64,000 bases of DNA, taken from contig OZ024743.1 of the NCBI GenBank assembly GCA_964016885.1, positions 131,378,001 to 131,442,000 on the forward strand, in the 5' to 3' direction. The notes under the pieces were generated by a model that ran no database searches, was not told the DNA's origin, and saw only the letters and a list, made by a program, of their open reading frames with translations. Origin of the DNA: Eledone cirrhosa (Eukaryota). The position numbers and the translations under genes were made by a program. The stretch's first letter is position 1. Every line of letters begins with the position of its first letter. This document shows, in pieces, positions 37,601 to 50,560 of the stretch.

Positions 37601-40600
37601 GTTTGGTGCTGGGTGCTTGGTGTTTGGTGCTGGGTGCTTGGTATTTGGTGCTTGGTGCTTGGTCTTTGGTGCTTGGTGTTTGGTGTTTGGTGCTTGGTCA
37701 TTGGTGTTTCTACTTGGTGCTTGGTGCTTGGTTCTTGGTGTTTGGTGCTTGGTGCTTGGTGTTTGGTGTTATATGCTTGGTGTTTGATGCTTGGTGCTTG
37801 GTGCTTGGTGTTTGGTGTTTGGTGTTTGATGCTTGGTGCTTGGTGTTTGGTGCTTGGTGCTTGGTGTTTGTACTTGGTGCTTGGTGCTTGGTGCTTGGTG
37901 TTTGGTGCTTGGTATTTGGTGCTTGGTGCTTGGTGCTTGGTCCTTGGTGCTTGGTGTTTGGTGGTTGGTGTTTGGTGGTTGGTGTTAGGTGTTTGGTGCT
38001 TGGTGCTTGGTGTTTGGTGTTTGGTGCTTGGTGTTTGGTGTTTGGTGCTTGGTGTTTGGTGCTTGGTACTTGGTGCTTGGTGCTTGGTGTTAGGTGTTTG
38101 GTGCTTGGTGTTTGGTGCTTGGTGTTTGGTGCTTGGTGCTTGGTGCTTGGTGCTTGGTGTTTGGTGGTTGGTGTTTGGTGCTTGGTGTTTGGTGCTTGGT
38201 GTTACGTGTTTGGTGCTTGGTGCTTGGTGTTTGGTGTTTGGTGCTTGGTGTTTGGTGTTTGGTGCTTGGTGTTTGGTGCTTTTTGCTTGGTGCTTGGTGC
38301 TTGGTGTTTGGTGCTGGGTGCTTGGTGCTTGGTGTTTGGTGTTATATGCTTGGTGTTTGATGCTTGGTGCTTGGTGCTTGGTGTTTGGTGTTTGGTGCTT
38401 GGTGTTTGATGCTTGGTGCTTGGTGCTTGGTGTTTGGTGCTTGGTGCTTGGTGTTTGGTGCTTGGTGCTTGGTGTTTGTTGCTTGGTGTTTGGTGCTTGG
38501 TGTTTGGTGCTTGGTGCTTGGTGCTTGGTGCTTGGTGTTTGGTGTTTGGTGCTTGGTGTTTGGTGCTTGGTACTTGGTGCTTGGTGCTTGGTGTTAGGTG
38601 TTTGGTGCTTGGTGCTTGGTGTCTGGTTTTTGGTGCTTGGTGCTTGGTGTTTGGTGCTTGCTGCTGGCTGCTTGGTGTTTGGTGCTTGGTGATTGGTGCT
38701 TGGTGTTTGGTGTTTGGTGCTAGGTGCTTGGTGTTTGGTGCTTGGTGCTTGGTGTTTGTACTTGGTGCTTGGTGCTTGGTTCTTGGTGTTTGGTGCTTCG
38801 TGCTTGGTGTTTGGTGCTTGGTCCTTGGTGCTTGGTGTTTGGTGGTTGGTGTTTGGTGGTTGGTGTTAGGTGTTTGGTGCTTGGTGCTTGGTGTTTGGTG
38901 TTTGGTGCTTGGTGTTTGGTGTTTGGTGCTTGGTGTTTGGTGCTTGGTACTTGGTGCTTGGTGCTTGGTGTTAGGTGTTTGGTGCTTGGTGTTTGGTTCT
39001 TGGTGTTTGGTGCTTGGTGTTTGGTGCTTGGTGCTTGGTGCTTGGTGTTTGGTGCTTGGTGTTTGGTGCTTGGTGTTAGGTGTTTGGTGCTTGGTGCTTG
39101 GTGTTTGGTGTTTGGTGCTTGGTGTTTGGTGTTTGGTGTTATATGCTTGGTGTTTGATGCTTGGTGCTTGCTGCTTGGTGTTTGGCGCTTGGTGTTTGAT
39201 GCTTGGTGCTTGGTGCTGGGTGTTTGGTGCTTGGTGCTTGGTGTTTGTACTTGGTGCTTGGTGCTTGGTTCTTGGTGTTTGGTGCCTGGTGTTTGGCGTT
39301 TGGTGCTTGGTGTTTGGTGTTTGGTGTTATATGCTTGGTGTTTGATGCTTGGTGCTTGGTGCTTGGTGTTTGGTGCTTGGTGTTTGATGCTTGGTGCTTG
39401 GTGCTTGGTGTTTGGTGCTTGGTGCTTGGTGTTTGTACTTGGTGCTTGGTGCTTGGTTCTTGGAGTTTGGTGCTTGGTGCTTGGTGTTTGGTGCTTGGTG
39501 CTTGGTGTTTGGTGCTTGGTGTTTGGTGCTTGGTGTTTGGTGCTTGGTGCTTGGTGCTTAGTGCTTGGTGTTTGGTGCTTGGTGTTAGGTGTTTGGTGCT
39601 TGGTGCTTGGTGTTTGGTGTTTGGTGCTTGGTGTTTGGTGCTTGATGTTTGGTGTTAGGTGTTTGGTGCTTGGTGTTTGGTGTTTGGTGCTTGGTGTTTG
39701 GTGCTTGGTGTTTGGTGCTTGGTGTTTGGTGCTTGGTACTTGGTGCTTGGTGCTTCGTGTTAGGTGTTTGGTGCTTGGTGCTTGGTGTTTGGTTTTTGGT
39801 GCTTGGTGCTTGGTGTTTGGTGTTTGGTGCTTGCTGCTGGCTGCTTGGTGTTTGATGCTTGGTGATTGGTGCTTGGTGTTTTGTGCTTGGTGTTTGGTGT
39901 TTTGTGCTAGGTGCTTGGTGTTTGGTGCTTGGTGCTTGGTGCTTGGTGTTTGGTGTTTGGTTTTAGGTGCTTGGTGCTTGGTGTTTGGTGCTTGGTGCTG
40001 GGTGGTTGGTGTTTAGTGCTTGGTGTTTGGTGCTGGGTGCTTGGTGTTTGGTGCTTGGTGCTTGGTCTTTGGTGCTTGGTGTTTGGTGTTTGGTGCTTGG
40101 TGCTTGGTGCTTGGTGTTTGGTGCTTGGTGCTTGGTGTTTGGTGCTTGGTGCTTAGTGTTTGGTGCTTGGTGCTTAGTGTTTGGTGTTTGGTGCTTGGTG
40201 CTTGGTGTTTAGTGCTTAGTGTTTGGTGCTTGGTGCTTGGTGTTTGGTGTTTGCTGTTTGCTGTTTGGTGTTTGTTGTTTGGTGTTTGTTGTTTGGTGTT
40301 TGCTGTTTGGTGTTTGGTGTTTGCTTTTTGGTGTTTGGTGTTTGCTGTATGTTGTTTGGTGTTTGGTGTTTGGTGTTTGGTGTTTGGTGCTTGTTGCTTA
40401 GTGTTTGGTGCTTGGTGCTTGGTGTTTGGTGCCTGGTGCTTGGTGCTTGGTGCTTGGTGTTTGGTGTTTGGTGCTTGGTGCTTGGAGTTTGGTGTTTGGT
40501 GCTTGGTGCTTGGTGTTTCGTGTTTCGTGTTTCGTTTTTGGTGCTTGGTGCTTGGTGATTGGTCCTTGGTGTTTGGTGCTGGGTGCATTGTGTTTGGTGC

Positions 40601-43600
40601 TTGGTGCTTGGTGCTTGGTGTTTGGTGTTTGCTGCTTGGTGTTTGATGCTTGGTGCTTGGTGGTTGGTATTTTGTGTTTGGTGCTTGGTGCTTGGTGTTT
40701 GGTGCTTGGTGCTTGGTGCTTGGTGTTTGGTTCTTGGTTCTTGGTGTTTGGTGTTTGGCGTTTGGTGTTTGCTGCTTGGTGCTTGGTGTTTGGTGCTTGG
40801 TGCTTGGTGTTTGGTGCCTGGTGCTTGGTGCTTGGTGCTTGGTGTTTGGTGTTTGGTGCTTGGTGCTTGGTGCTTGGAGTTTGGTGTTTGGTGCTTGGTG
40901 CTTGGTGCTTGGTGTTTGGTGCTTGGTGCTTGGTGTTTGGTGCTTGGTGCTTGGTGTTTGGTGTTTGGTGCTTGGTGCTTGGTGCTTGGTGCTTGGTGTT
41001 TGGTGTTTGGTGCTTGGTGTTTGGTGCTTGGTACTTGGTGCTTGGTGCTTGGTGTTAGGTGTTTGGTGCTTGGTGCTTGGTGTCTGGTTTTTGGTGCTTG
41101 GTTCTTGGTGTTTGGTGCTTGCTGCTGGCTGCTTGGTGTTTGGTGCTTGGTGATTGGTGCTTGGTGTTTGGTGTTTGGTGCTAGGTGCTTGGTGTTTGGT
41201 GCTTGGTGCTTGGTGTTTGTACTTGGTGCTTGGTGCTTGGTTCTTGGTGTTTGGTGCTTCGTGCTTCGTGTTTGGTGCTTGGTGCTTGGTGTTTGGTGCT
41301 TGGTGTTTGGTGCTTGGTGTTTGGTGCTTGGTGCTTGGTGCTTGGTGTTTGGTGCTTGGTGTTTGGTGCTTGGTGTTAGGTGTTTGGTGCTTGGTGCTTG
41401 GTGTTTGGTGTTTGGTGCTTGGTGTTTGGTGTTTGGTGTTATATGCTTGGTGTTTGATGCTTGGTGCTTGGTGCTTGGTGTTTGGCGCTTGGTGTTTGAT
41501 GCTTGGTGCTTGGTGCTTGGTGTTTGGTGCTTGGTGCTTGGTGTTTTTACTTGGTGCTTGGTGCTTGGTTCTTGGTGTTTGGTGCCTGGTGTTTGGTGTT
41601 TGGTGTTATATGCTTGGTGTTTGATGCTTGGTGCTTGGTGCTTGGTGTTTGGTGCTTGGTGTTTGATGCTTGGTGCTTGGTGCTTGGTGTTTGGTGCTTG
41701 GTGCTTGGTGTTTGTACTTGGTGCTTGGTGCTTGGTTCTTGGTGTTTGGTGCTTGGTGCTTGGTGTTTGGTGCTTGGTGCTTGGTGTTTGGTGCTTGGTG
41801 TTTGGTGCTTGGTGTTTGGTGCTTGGTGCTTGGTGCTTAGTGCTTGGTGTTTGGTGCTTGGTGTTTGGTGCTTGGTGTTTGGTGCTTGGTACTTGGTGCT
41901 TGGTGCTTCGTGTTAGGTGTTTGGTGCCTGGTGCTTGGTGTTTGGTGTTTGGTTTTTGGTGCTTGGTGTTTGGTGTTTGGTGTTTGGTGCTTGCTGCTGG
42001 CTGCTTGGTGTTTGATGCATGGTGATTTGTGCTTGGTGTTTGGTGCTGGGTGTTTGGTGTTTGATGCTTGGTGCTTGGTGTTTGGTGTTTGATGCTTGGT
42101 GCTTGGTGCTTGGTGTTTGGTGCTTGGTGTTTGGTGTTTGGTGCTTGGTCATTGGTGTTTCTACTTGGTGCTTGGTGCTTGGTTCTTGGTGTTTGGTGCT
42201 TGGTGCTTGGTGTTTGGTGTTATATGCTTGGTGTTTGATGCTTGGTGCTTGGTGCTTGGTGTTTGGTGTTTGGTGTTTGATGCTTGGTGCTTGGTGTTTG
42301 GTGCTTGGTGCTTGGTGTTTGTACTTGGTGCTTGGTGCTTGGTGCTTGGTGTTTGGTGCTTGGTATTTGGTGCTTGGTGCTTGGTGCTTGGTCCTTGGTG
42401 CTTGGTGTTTGGTGGTTGGTGTTTGGTGGTTGGTGTTAGGTGTTTGGTGCTTGGTGCTTGGTGTTTGGTGTTTGGTGCTTGGTGTTTGGTGTTTGGTGCT
42501 TGGTGTTTGGTGCTTGGTACTTGGTGCTTGGTGCTTGGTGTTAGGTGTTTGGTGCTTGGTGTTTGGTGCTTGGTGTTTGGTGCTTGGTGCTTGGTGCTTG
42601 GTGCTTGGTGTTTGGTGGTTGGTGTTTGGTGCTTGGTGTTTGGTGCTTGGTGTTACGTGTTTGGTGCTTGGTGCTTGGTGTTTGGTGTTTGGTGCTTGGT
42701 GTTTGGTGTTTGGTGCTTGGTGTTTGGTGCTTTTTGCTTGGTGCTTGGTGCTTGGTGTTTGGTGCTTGGTGCTGGGTGGTTGGTGTTTGGTGCTTGGTGT
42801 TTGGTGCTGGGTGCTTGGTGTTTGGTGCTGGGTGCTTGGTATTTGGTGCTTGGTGCTTGGTCTTTGGTGCTTGGTGTTTGGTGCTTGGTGCTTGGTGTGT
42901 GGTGCTTGGTGCTTGGTGTTTGGTGCTTGGTGCTTGGTGTTTGGTTTTTGGTGCTTGGTGCTTGGTGTTTGGTGTTTGGTGCTTGCTGCTGGCTGCTTGG
43001 TGTTTGATGCATGGTGATTGGTGCTTGGTGTTTGGTGCTTGGTGTTTGGTGTTTGATGCTTGGTGCTTGGTGCTTGGTGTTTGGTGCTTGGTGCTTGGTG
43101 CTTGGTGCTTGGTGTTTGGTGCTTGGTGTTTGGTGCTTGGTGTTTGGTGCTTGGTGCTTGGTGCTTGGTGCTTGGTGTTTGGTGGTTGGTGCTTGGTGCT
43201 TGGTGTTAGGTGTTTGGTGCTTGGTGCTTGGTGGTTGGTGTTTGGTGCTTGGTGTTTGGTGCTGGGTGCTTGGTTTTTGGTGCTGGGTGCTTGGTGTTTG
43301 GTGCTTGGTGCTTGGTGTTTGGTGCTTTGTGTTTGGTGCTTGGTGCTTGGTGCTTGGTGTTTGGTGTTTGGTGCTTGGTGTTTGGTGCTTGGTGCTTGGT
43401 GTTTGGTTTTTGGCGCTTGGTGTTTGGTGTTTGGTGCTTGGTGCTTGGTGCTTGGTGTTTGTACTTGGTGCTTGGTGATTGGTGTTTGGTTCTTGGTTCT
43501 TGGTGTTTGGTGTTTGGCGTTTGGTGTTTGGTGCTTGGTGCTTGGTGTTTGGTGCTTGGTGCTTGGTGTTTGGTGCCTGGTGCTTGGTGCTTGGTGTTTG

Positions 43601-45930
43601 GTGTTTGGTGCTTGGTGCTTGGTGCTTGGAGTTTGGTGTTTGGTGCTTGGTGCTTTGTGTTTTGTGTTTGGTGTTTGGTTTTTGGTGCTTGGTGCTTGGT
43701 CCTTGGTGTTTGGTGCTGGGTGCTTTGTGTTTGGTGCTTGGTGCTTGGTGTTTGGTGTTTGCTGCTTGGTGTTTGATGCTTGGTGCTTGGTGCTTGGTGT
43801 TTTGTGTTTGGTGCTTGGTTCTTGGTGTTTGGTGCTTGGTGCTTGGTACTTGGTGTTTGTACTTGGTGCTTGGTGCTTGGTGTTTGGTTCTTGGTTCTTG
43901 GTGTTTGGTACTTGGTGCTTGATGCTTGATGTTTGGTGTTTGGTGCTTGGTGCTTGGTGTTAGGTGTTTGGTGCTTGGTCCTTGGTGTTTGGTGCTTGGT
44001 GTTTGGTGTTTGCTGTTTGGTGTTTGGTGTTTCGTGTTTGGTGTTTGCTGTTTGGTGTCTGCTTTTTGGTGTTTGCTGTTTGGTGTCTGCTTTTTGGTGT
44101 TTAGTGTTTGCTGTATGGTGTTTGGTGTTTGCTGTTTGGTGTTTGGTCTTTGGTGCTTGGTGTTTGGTGCTTGGTGCTTGGTGTTTGGTGTTTGGTGCTT
44201 GGTGCTTGGTGTTTGGTGTTTGGTGCTTGGTGTTTGGTGTTTGGTGCTTGGTGTCTGGTGCTTGGTGTTTGGTTTTTGGTGCTTGGTGTTTGGTGTTTGG
44301 TGCTTGGTGTTTGGTGTTTGGTGTTTGGTGCTTGGTGCTTGGTGTTTGGTGTTTGGTGTTTGGTGCTTGGTGTCTGGTGCTTGGTGTTTGGTGTTTGGTG
44401 CTTGGTGTTTGGTGTTTGGTGTTTGGTGCTTGGTGTCTGGTGCTTGGTGTTTGGTGTTTGGTGCTTGGTGTTTGGTGTTTGGTGTTTGGTGCTTGGTGCT
44501 TGGTGCTTGGTGTTTTGTGTTTGGTGCTTGGTGCTTGGTGTTTGGTGCTTGGTGCTGGGTGGTTGGTGTTTGGTGCTTGGTGTTTGGTGCTGGGTGCTTG
44601 GTGTTTGGTGCTGGGTGCTTGGTATTTGGTGCTTGGTGCTTGGTCTTTGGTGCTTGGTGTTTGGTGCTTGGTGCTTGGTGTTTGGTGCTTGGTGCTTGGT
44701 GTTTGGTGCTTGGTGCTTGGTGTTTGGTTTTTGGTGCTTGGTGCTTGGTGTTTGGTGTTTGGTGCTTGCTGCTGGCTGCTTGGTGTTTGATGCATGGTGA
44801 TTGGTGCTTGGTGTTTGGTGCTTGGTGTTTGGTGTTTGATGCTTGGTGCTTGGTGCTTGGTGTTTGGTGCTTGGTGCTTGGTGCTTGGTGCTTGGTGTTT
44901 GGTGCTTGGTGTTTGGTGCTTGGTGTTTGGTGCTTGGTGCTTGGTGCTTGGTGCTTGGTGTTTGGTGGTTGGTGCTTGGTGCTTGGTGTTTTGTGTTTGG
45001 TGCTTGGTGCTTGGTGTTTGGTGCTTGGTGCTTGGTGGTTGGTGTTTGGTGCTTGGTGTTTGGTGCTGGGTGCTTGGTTTTTGGTGCTGGGTGCTTGGTG
45101 TTTGGTGCTTGGTGCTTGGTGTTTGGTGCTTGGTGTTTGGTGCTTGGTGTTTGGTGCTTGGTGCTTGGTGCTTAGTGCTTGGTGTTTGGTGCTTGGTGTT
45201 AGGTGTTTGGTGCTTGGTGTTTGGTGTTTGGTGCTTGGTGTTTGGTGCTTGGTGTTTGGTGTTAGGTGTTTGGTGCTTGGTGTTTGGTGTTTGGTGCTTG
45301 GTGTTTGGTGCTTGGTGTTTGGTGCTTGGTGTTTGGTGCTTGGTACTTGGTGCTTGGTGCTTCGTGTTAGGTGTTTGGTGCTTGGTGCTTGGTGTTTGGT
45401 GTTTGGTTTTTGGTGCTTGGTGTTTGGTGTTTGGTGTTTGGTGCTTGCTGCTGGCTGCTTGGTGTTTGATGCATGGTGATTTGTGCTTGGTGTTTGGTGC
45501 TGGGTGTTTGGTGTTTGATGCTTGGTGCTTGGTGTTTGGTGTTTGATGCTTGGTGCTTGGTGCTTGGTGTTTGGTGCTTGGTGTTTGGTGTTTGGTGCTT
45601 GGTCATTGGTGTTTCTACTTGGTGCTTGGTGCTTGGTTCTTGGTGTTTGGTGCTTGGTGCTTGGTGTTTGGTGTTATATGCTTGGTGTTTGATGCTTGGT
45701 GCTTGGTGCTTGGTGTTTGGTGTTTGGTGTTTGATGCTTGGTGCTTGGTGTTTGGTGCTTGGTGCTTGGTGTTTGTACTTGGTGCTTGGTGCTTGGTGCT
45801 TGGTGTTTGGTGCTTGGTATTTGGTGCTTGGTGCTTGGTGCTTGGTCCTTGGTGCTTGGTGTTTGGTGGTTGGTGTTTGGTGGTTGGTGTTAGGTGTTTG
45901 GTGCTTGGTGCTTGGTGTTTGGTGTTTGGT
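30830..45930 (+). repeat. ~5 kb block ~30830-35800 repeated at ~40980-45930 (offset 10147, falling to 10119)
   Basis: ORF pairs 31007/41154, 31872/42019, 32864/43011, 33779/43926 (10147), 34668/44794 (10126), 35354/45473 (10119). Shared private variants include GGTGTGTGG (~32750/~42897) and TTGATGC TTGATGT (~33772/~43919). Confidence 0.92.
35470..38805 (+). repeat. Higher-order duplication, offset 2214: ~35470-36590 vs ~37685-38805
   Basis: ORF pairs 35880/38094, 36150/38364, 36510/38724. Confidence 0.88.
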
Positions 45931-48900
45931 GCTTGGTGTTTGGTGCTTGGTGTTTGGTTCTTGGTTCTTGGTGTTTGGTACTTGGTGCTTGGTGCTTGAT
46001 GTTTGGTGTTTGGTGCTTGGTGTTTGGTGCTTGGTACTTGGTGCTTGGTGCTTGGGGTTAGGTGTTTGGTGCTTGGTGCTTGGTGTTTGGTTTTTGGTGC
46101 TTGGTGCTTGGTGTTTGGTGTTTGGTGCTTGCTGCTGGCTGCTTGGTGTTTGATGCTTGGTGATTGGTGCTTGGTGTTTTGTGCTTGGTGTTTGGTGTTT
46201 GGTGCTAGGTGCTTGGTGTTTGGTGCTTGGTGCTTGGTGCTTGGTGTTTGGTGTTTGGTGTTAGGTGCTTCATGCTTGGTGTTTGGTGCTTGGTGCTGAG
46301 TGGTTGGTGTTTAGTGCTTGGTGTTTGGTGCTGGGTGCTTGGTGTTTGGTGCTTGGTGCTTGGTCTTTGGTGCTTGGTGTTTGGTGTTTGGTGCTTGGTG
46401 CTTGGTGCTTGGTGTTTGGTGCTTGGTGCTTGGTGTTTGGTGCTTGGTGCTTAGTGTTTGGTGCTTGGTGCTTAGTGTTTGGTGCTAGGTGCTTGGTGTT
46501 TGGTGCTTGGTGCTTGGTGTTTGGTGCCTGGTGCTTGGTGTTTGGTGTTTGGTGTTTGGTGCTTGGTGCTTGGTGTTTGGTGTTTGCTGTTTGCTGTTTG
46601 GTGTTTGTTGTTTGGTGTTTGTTGTTTGGTGTTTGCTGTTTGGTGTTTGGTGTTTGCTTTTTGGTGTTTGGTGTTTGCTGTATGTTGTTTGCTGTTTGGT
46701 GTTTGGTGTTTGGTGTTTGGTGCTTGGTGCTTGCTGCTGGCTGCTTGGTGCTTGGTGTTTGGTGCCTGGTGCTTGGTGCTTGGTGCTTGGTGTTTGGTGT
46801 TTGGTGCTTGGTGCTTGGAGTTTGGTGTTTGGTGCTTGGTGCTTGGTATTTCGTGTTTCGTGTTTGGTTTTTGGTGCTTGGTGCTTGGTGCTTGGTCCTT
46901 GGTGTTTGGTGCTGGGTGCTTGGTGTTTGGTGCTTGGTGCTTGGTTTTTGGTGCTTTGTGTTTGGTGCTTGGTGCTTGGTGTTTGGTGCTTGGTGCTTGG
47001 TGTTTGGTGCTTGGTGCTTGGTGCTTGGTGTTTGGTTTTTGGTGCTTGGTGTTTGGTGTTTGGTGTTTGGTGCTTGCTGCTGGCTGCTTGGTGTTTGATG
47101 CATGGTGATTTGTGCTTGGTGTTTGGTGCTTGGTGTTTGGTGTTTGATGCTTGGTGCTTGGTGTTTGGTGTTTGATGCTTGGTGCTTGGTGCTTGGTGCT
47201 TGGTGCTTGGTGTTTGTTGTTTGGTGTTTGCTGTTTGGTGTTTGGTGTTTGCTTTTTGGTGTTTGGTGTTTGCTGTATGTTGTTTGGTGTTTGGTGTTTG
47301 GTGTTTGGTGTTATATGCTTGGTGTTTGATGCTTGGTGCTTGCTGCTTGGTGTTTGGCGCTTGGTGTTTGATGCTTGGTGCTTGGTGCTTGGTGTTTGGT
47401 GCTTGGTGCTTGGTGTTTGTACTTGGTGCTTGGTGCTTGGTTCTTGGTGTTTGGTGCCTGGTGTTTGGCGTTTGGTGCTTGGTGTTTGGTGTTTGGTGTT
47501 ATATGCTTGGTGTTTGATGCTTGGTGCTTGGTGCTTGGTGTTTGGTGCTTGGTGTTTGATGCTTGGTGCTTGGTGCTTGGTGTTTGGTGCTTGGTGCTTG
47601 GTGTTTATACTTGGTGCTTGGTGCTTGGTTCTTGGAGTTTGGTGCTTGGTGCTTGGTGTTTGGTGCTTGGTGCTTGGTGTTTGGTGCTTGGTGTTTGGTG
47701 CTTGGTGTTTGGTGCTTGGTGCTTGGTGCTTAGTGCTTGGTGTTTGGTGCTTGGTGTTAGGTGTTTGGTGCTTGGTGCTTGGTGTTTGGTGTTTGGTGCT
47801 TGGTGTTTGGTGCTTGGTGTTTGGTGTTAGGTGTTTGGTGCTTGGTGTTTGGTGTTTGGTGCTTGGTGTTTGGTGCTTGGTGTTTGGTGCTTGGTGTTTG
47901 GTGCTTGGTACTTGGTGCTTGGTGCTTCGTGTTAGGTGTTTGGTGCTTGGTGCTTGGTGTTTGGTTTTTGGTGCTTGGTGCTTGGTGTTTGGTGTTTGGT
48001 GCTTGCTGCTGGCTGCTTGGTGTTTGATGCTTGGTGATTGGTGCTTGGTGTTTTGTGCTTGGTGTTTGGTGTTTTGTGCTAGGTGCTTGGTGTTTGGTGC
48101 TTGGTGCTTGGTGCTTGGTGTTTGGTGTTTGGTTTTAGGTGCTTGGTGCTTGGTGTTTGGTGCTTGGTGCTGGGTGGTTGGTGTTTAGTGCTTGGTGTTT
48201 GGTGTTGGGTGCTTGGTGTTTGGTGCTTGGTGCTTGGTCTTTGGTGCTTGGTGTTTGGTGTTTGGTGCTTGGTGCTTGGTGCTTGGTGTTTGGTGCTTGG
48301 TGCTTGGTGTTTGGTGCTTGGTGCTTAGTGTTTGGTGCTTGGTGCTTAGTGTTTGGTGTTTGGTGCTTGGTGCTTGGTGTTTAGTGCTTAGTGTTTGGTG
48401 CTTGGTGCTTGGTGTTTGGTATTTGCTGTTTGCTGTTTGGTGTTTGGTGTTTGCTTTTTGGTGTTTGGTGTTTGCTGTATGTTGTTTGGTGTTTGGTGTT
48501 TGGTGTTTGGTGTTTGGTGCTTGTTGCTTAGTGTTTGGTGCTTGGTGCTTGGTGTTTGGTGCCTGGTGCTTGGTGCTTGGTGCTTGGTGTTTGGTGTTTG
48601 GTGCTTGGTGCTTGGAGTTTGGTGTTTGGTGCTTGGTGCTTGGTGTTTCGTGTTTCGTGTTTCGTTTTTGGTGCTTGGTGCTTGGTGCTTGGTCCTTGGT
48701 GTTTGGTGCTGGGTGCATTGTGTTTGGTGCTTGGTGCTTGGTGCTTGGTGTTTGGTGTTTGCTGCTTGGTGTTTGATGCTTGGTGCTTGGTGGTTGGTGT
48801 TTTGTCGTTGGTGCTTGGTGCTTGGTGTTTGGTGCTTGGTGCTTGGTGCTTGGTGTTTGGTTCTTGGTTCTTGGTGTTTGGTGTTTGGCGTTTGGTGTTT

Positions 48901-49010
48901 GGTGCTTGGTGCTTGGTGTTTGGTGCTTGGTGCTTGGTGTTTGGTGCCTGGTGCTTGGTGCTTGGTGCTTGGTGTTTGGTGTTTGGTGCTTGGTGCTTGG
49001 TGCTTGGAGT
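39130..49010 (+). repeat. Dispersed duplication ~39130-40880 vs ~47300-49010 (offset 8172, then 8130)
   Basis: ORF pairs 39203/47375, 39911/48083, 40020/48192, 40405/48535. Confidence 0.87.
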
Positions 49011-50560
49011 TTGGTGTTTGGTGCTTGGTGCTTTGTGTTTTGTGTTTGGTGTTTGGTTTTTGGTGCTTGGTGCTTGGTCATTGGTGTTTGGTGCTGGGTG
49101 CTTTGTGTTTTGTCCTTGGTGCATGGTGTTTGGTGTTTGCTGCTTGGTGTTTGATGCTTGGTGCTTGGTGCTTGGTACTTGGTGTTTGTACTTGGTGCTT
49201 GGTGCTTGGTGTTTGGTTCTTGGTTCTTGGTGTTTGGTACTTGGTGCTTGGTGCTTGATGTTTGGTGTTTGGTGCTTGGTGTTTGGTGCTTGGTACTTGG
49301 TGCTTGGTGCTTGGGGTTAGGTGTTTGGTGCTTGGTGCTTGGTGTTTGGTTTTTGGTGCTTGGTGCTTGGTGTTTGGTGTTTGGTGCTTGCTGCTGGCTG
49401 CTTGGTGTTTGATGCTTGGTGATTGGTGCTTGGTGTTTTGTGCTTGGTGTTTGGTGTTTGGTGCTAGGTGCTTGGTGTTTGGTGCTTGGTGCTTGGTGCT
49501 TGGTGTTTGGTGTTTGGTGTTAGGTGCTTCATGCTTGGTGTTTGGTGCTTGGTGCTGAGTGGTTGGTGTTTAGTGCTTGGTGTTTGGTGCTGGGTGCTTG
49601 GTGTTTGGTGCTTGGTGCTTGGTCTTTGGTGCTTGGTGTTTGGTGTTTGGTGCTTGGTGCTTGGTGCTTGGTGTTTGGTGCTTGGTGCTTGGTGTTTGGT
49701 GCTTGGTGCTTAGTGTTTGGTGCTTGGTGCTTAGTGTTTGGTGCTAGGTGCTTGGTGTTTGGTGCTTGGTGCTTGGTGTTTGGTGCCTGGTGCTTGGTGT
49801 TTGGTGTTTGGTGTTTGGTGCTTGGTGCTTGGTGTTTGGTGTTTGCTGTTTGCTGTTTGGTGTTTGTTGTTTGGTGTTTGTTGTTTGGTGTTTGCTGTTT
49901 GGTGTTTGGTGTTTGCTTTTTGGTGTTTGGTGTTTGCTGTATGTTGTTTGCTGTTTGGTGTTTGGTGTTTGGTGTTTGGTGCTTGGTGCTTGCTGCTGGC
50001 TGCTTGGTGCTTGGTGTTTGGTGCCTGGTGCTTGGTGCTTGGTGCTTGGTGTTTGGTGTTTGGTGCTTGGTGCTTGGAGTTTGGTGTTTGGTGCTTGGTG
50101 CTTGGTATTTCGTGTTTCGTGTTTGGTTTTTGGTGCTTGGTGCTTGGTGCTTGGTCCTTGGTGTTTGGTGCTGGGTGCTTGGTGTTTGGTGCTTGGTGCT
50201 TGGTCTTTGGTGCTTTGTGTTTGGTGCTTGGTGCTTGGTGTTTGGTGCTTGGTGCTTGGTGTTTGGTGCTTGGTGCTTGGTGCTTGGTGTTTGGTTTTTG
50301 GTGCTTGGTGTTTGGTGTTTGGTGTTTGGTGCTTGCTGCTGGCTGCTTGGTGTTTGATGCATGGTGATTTGTGCTTGGTGTTTGGTGCTTGGTGTTTGGT
50401 GTTTGATGCTTGGTGCTTGGTGTTTGGTGTTTGATGCTTGGTGCTTGGTGCTTGGTGCTTGGTGCTTGGTGTTTGTTGTTTGGTGTTTGCTGTTTGGTGT
50501 TTGGTGTTTGCTTTTTGGTGTTTGGTGTTTGCTGTATGTTGTTTGGTGTTTGGTGTTTGG
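45940..50560 (+). repeat. Higher-order duplication, offset 3259: ~45940-47300 vs ~49200-50560
   Basis: ORF pairs 46003/49262, 46265/49524, 46489/49748, 47102/50361. Confidence 0.88.
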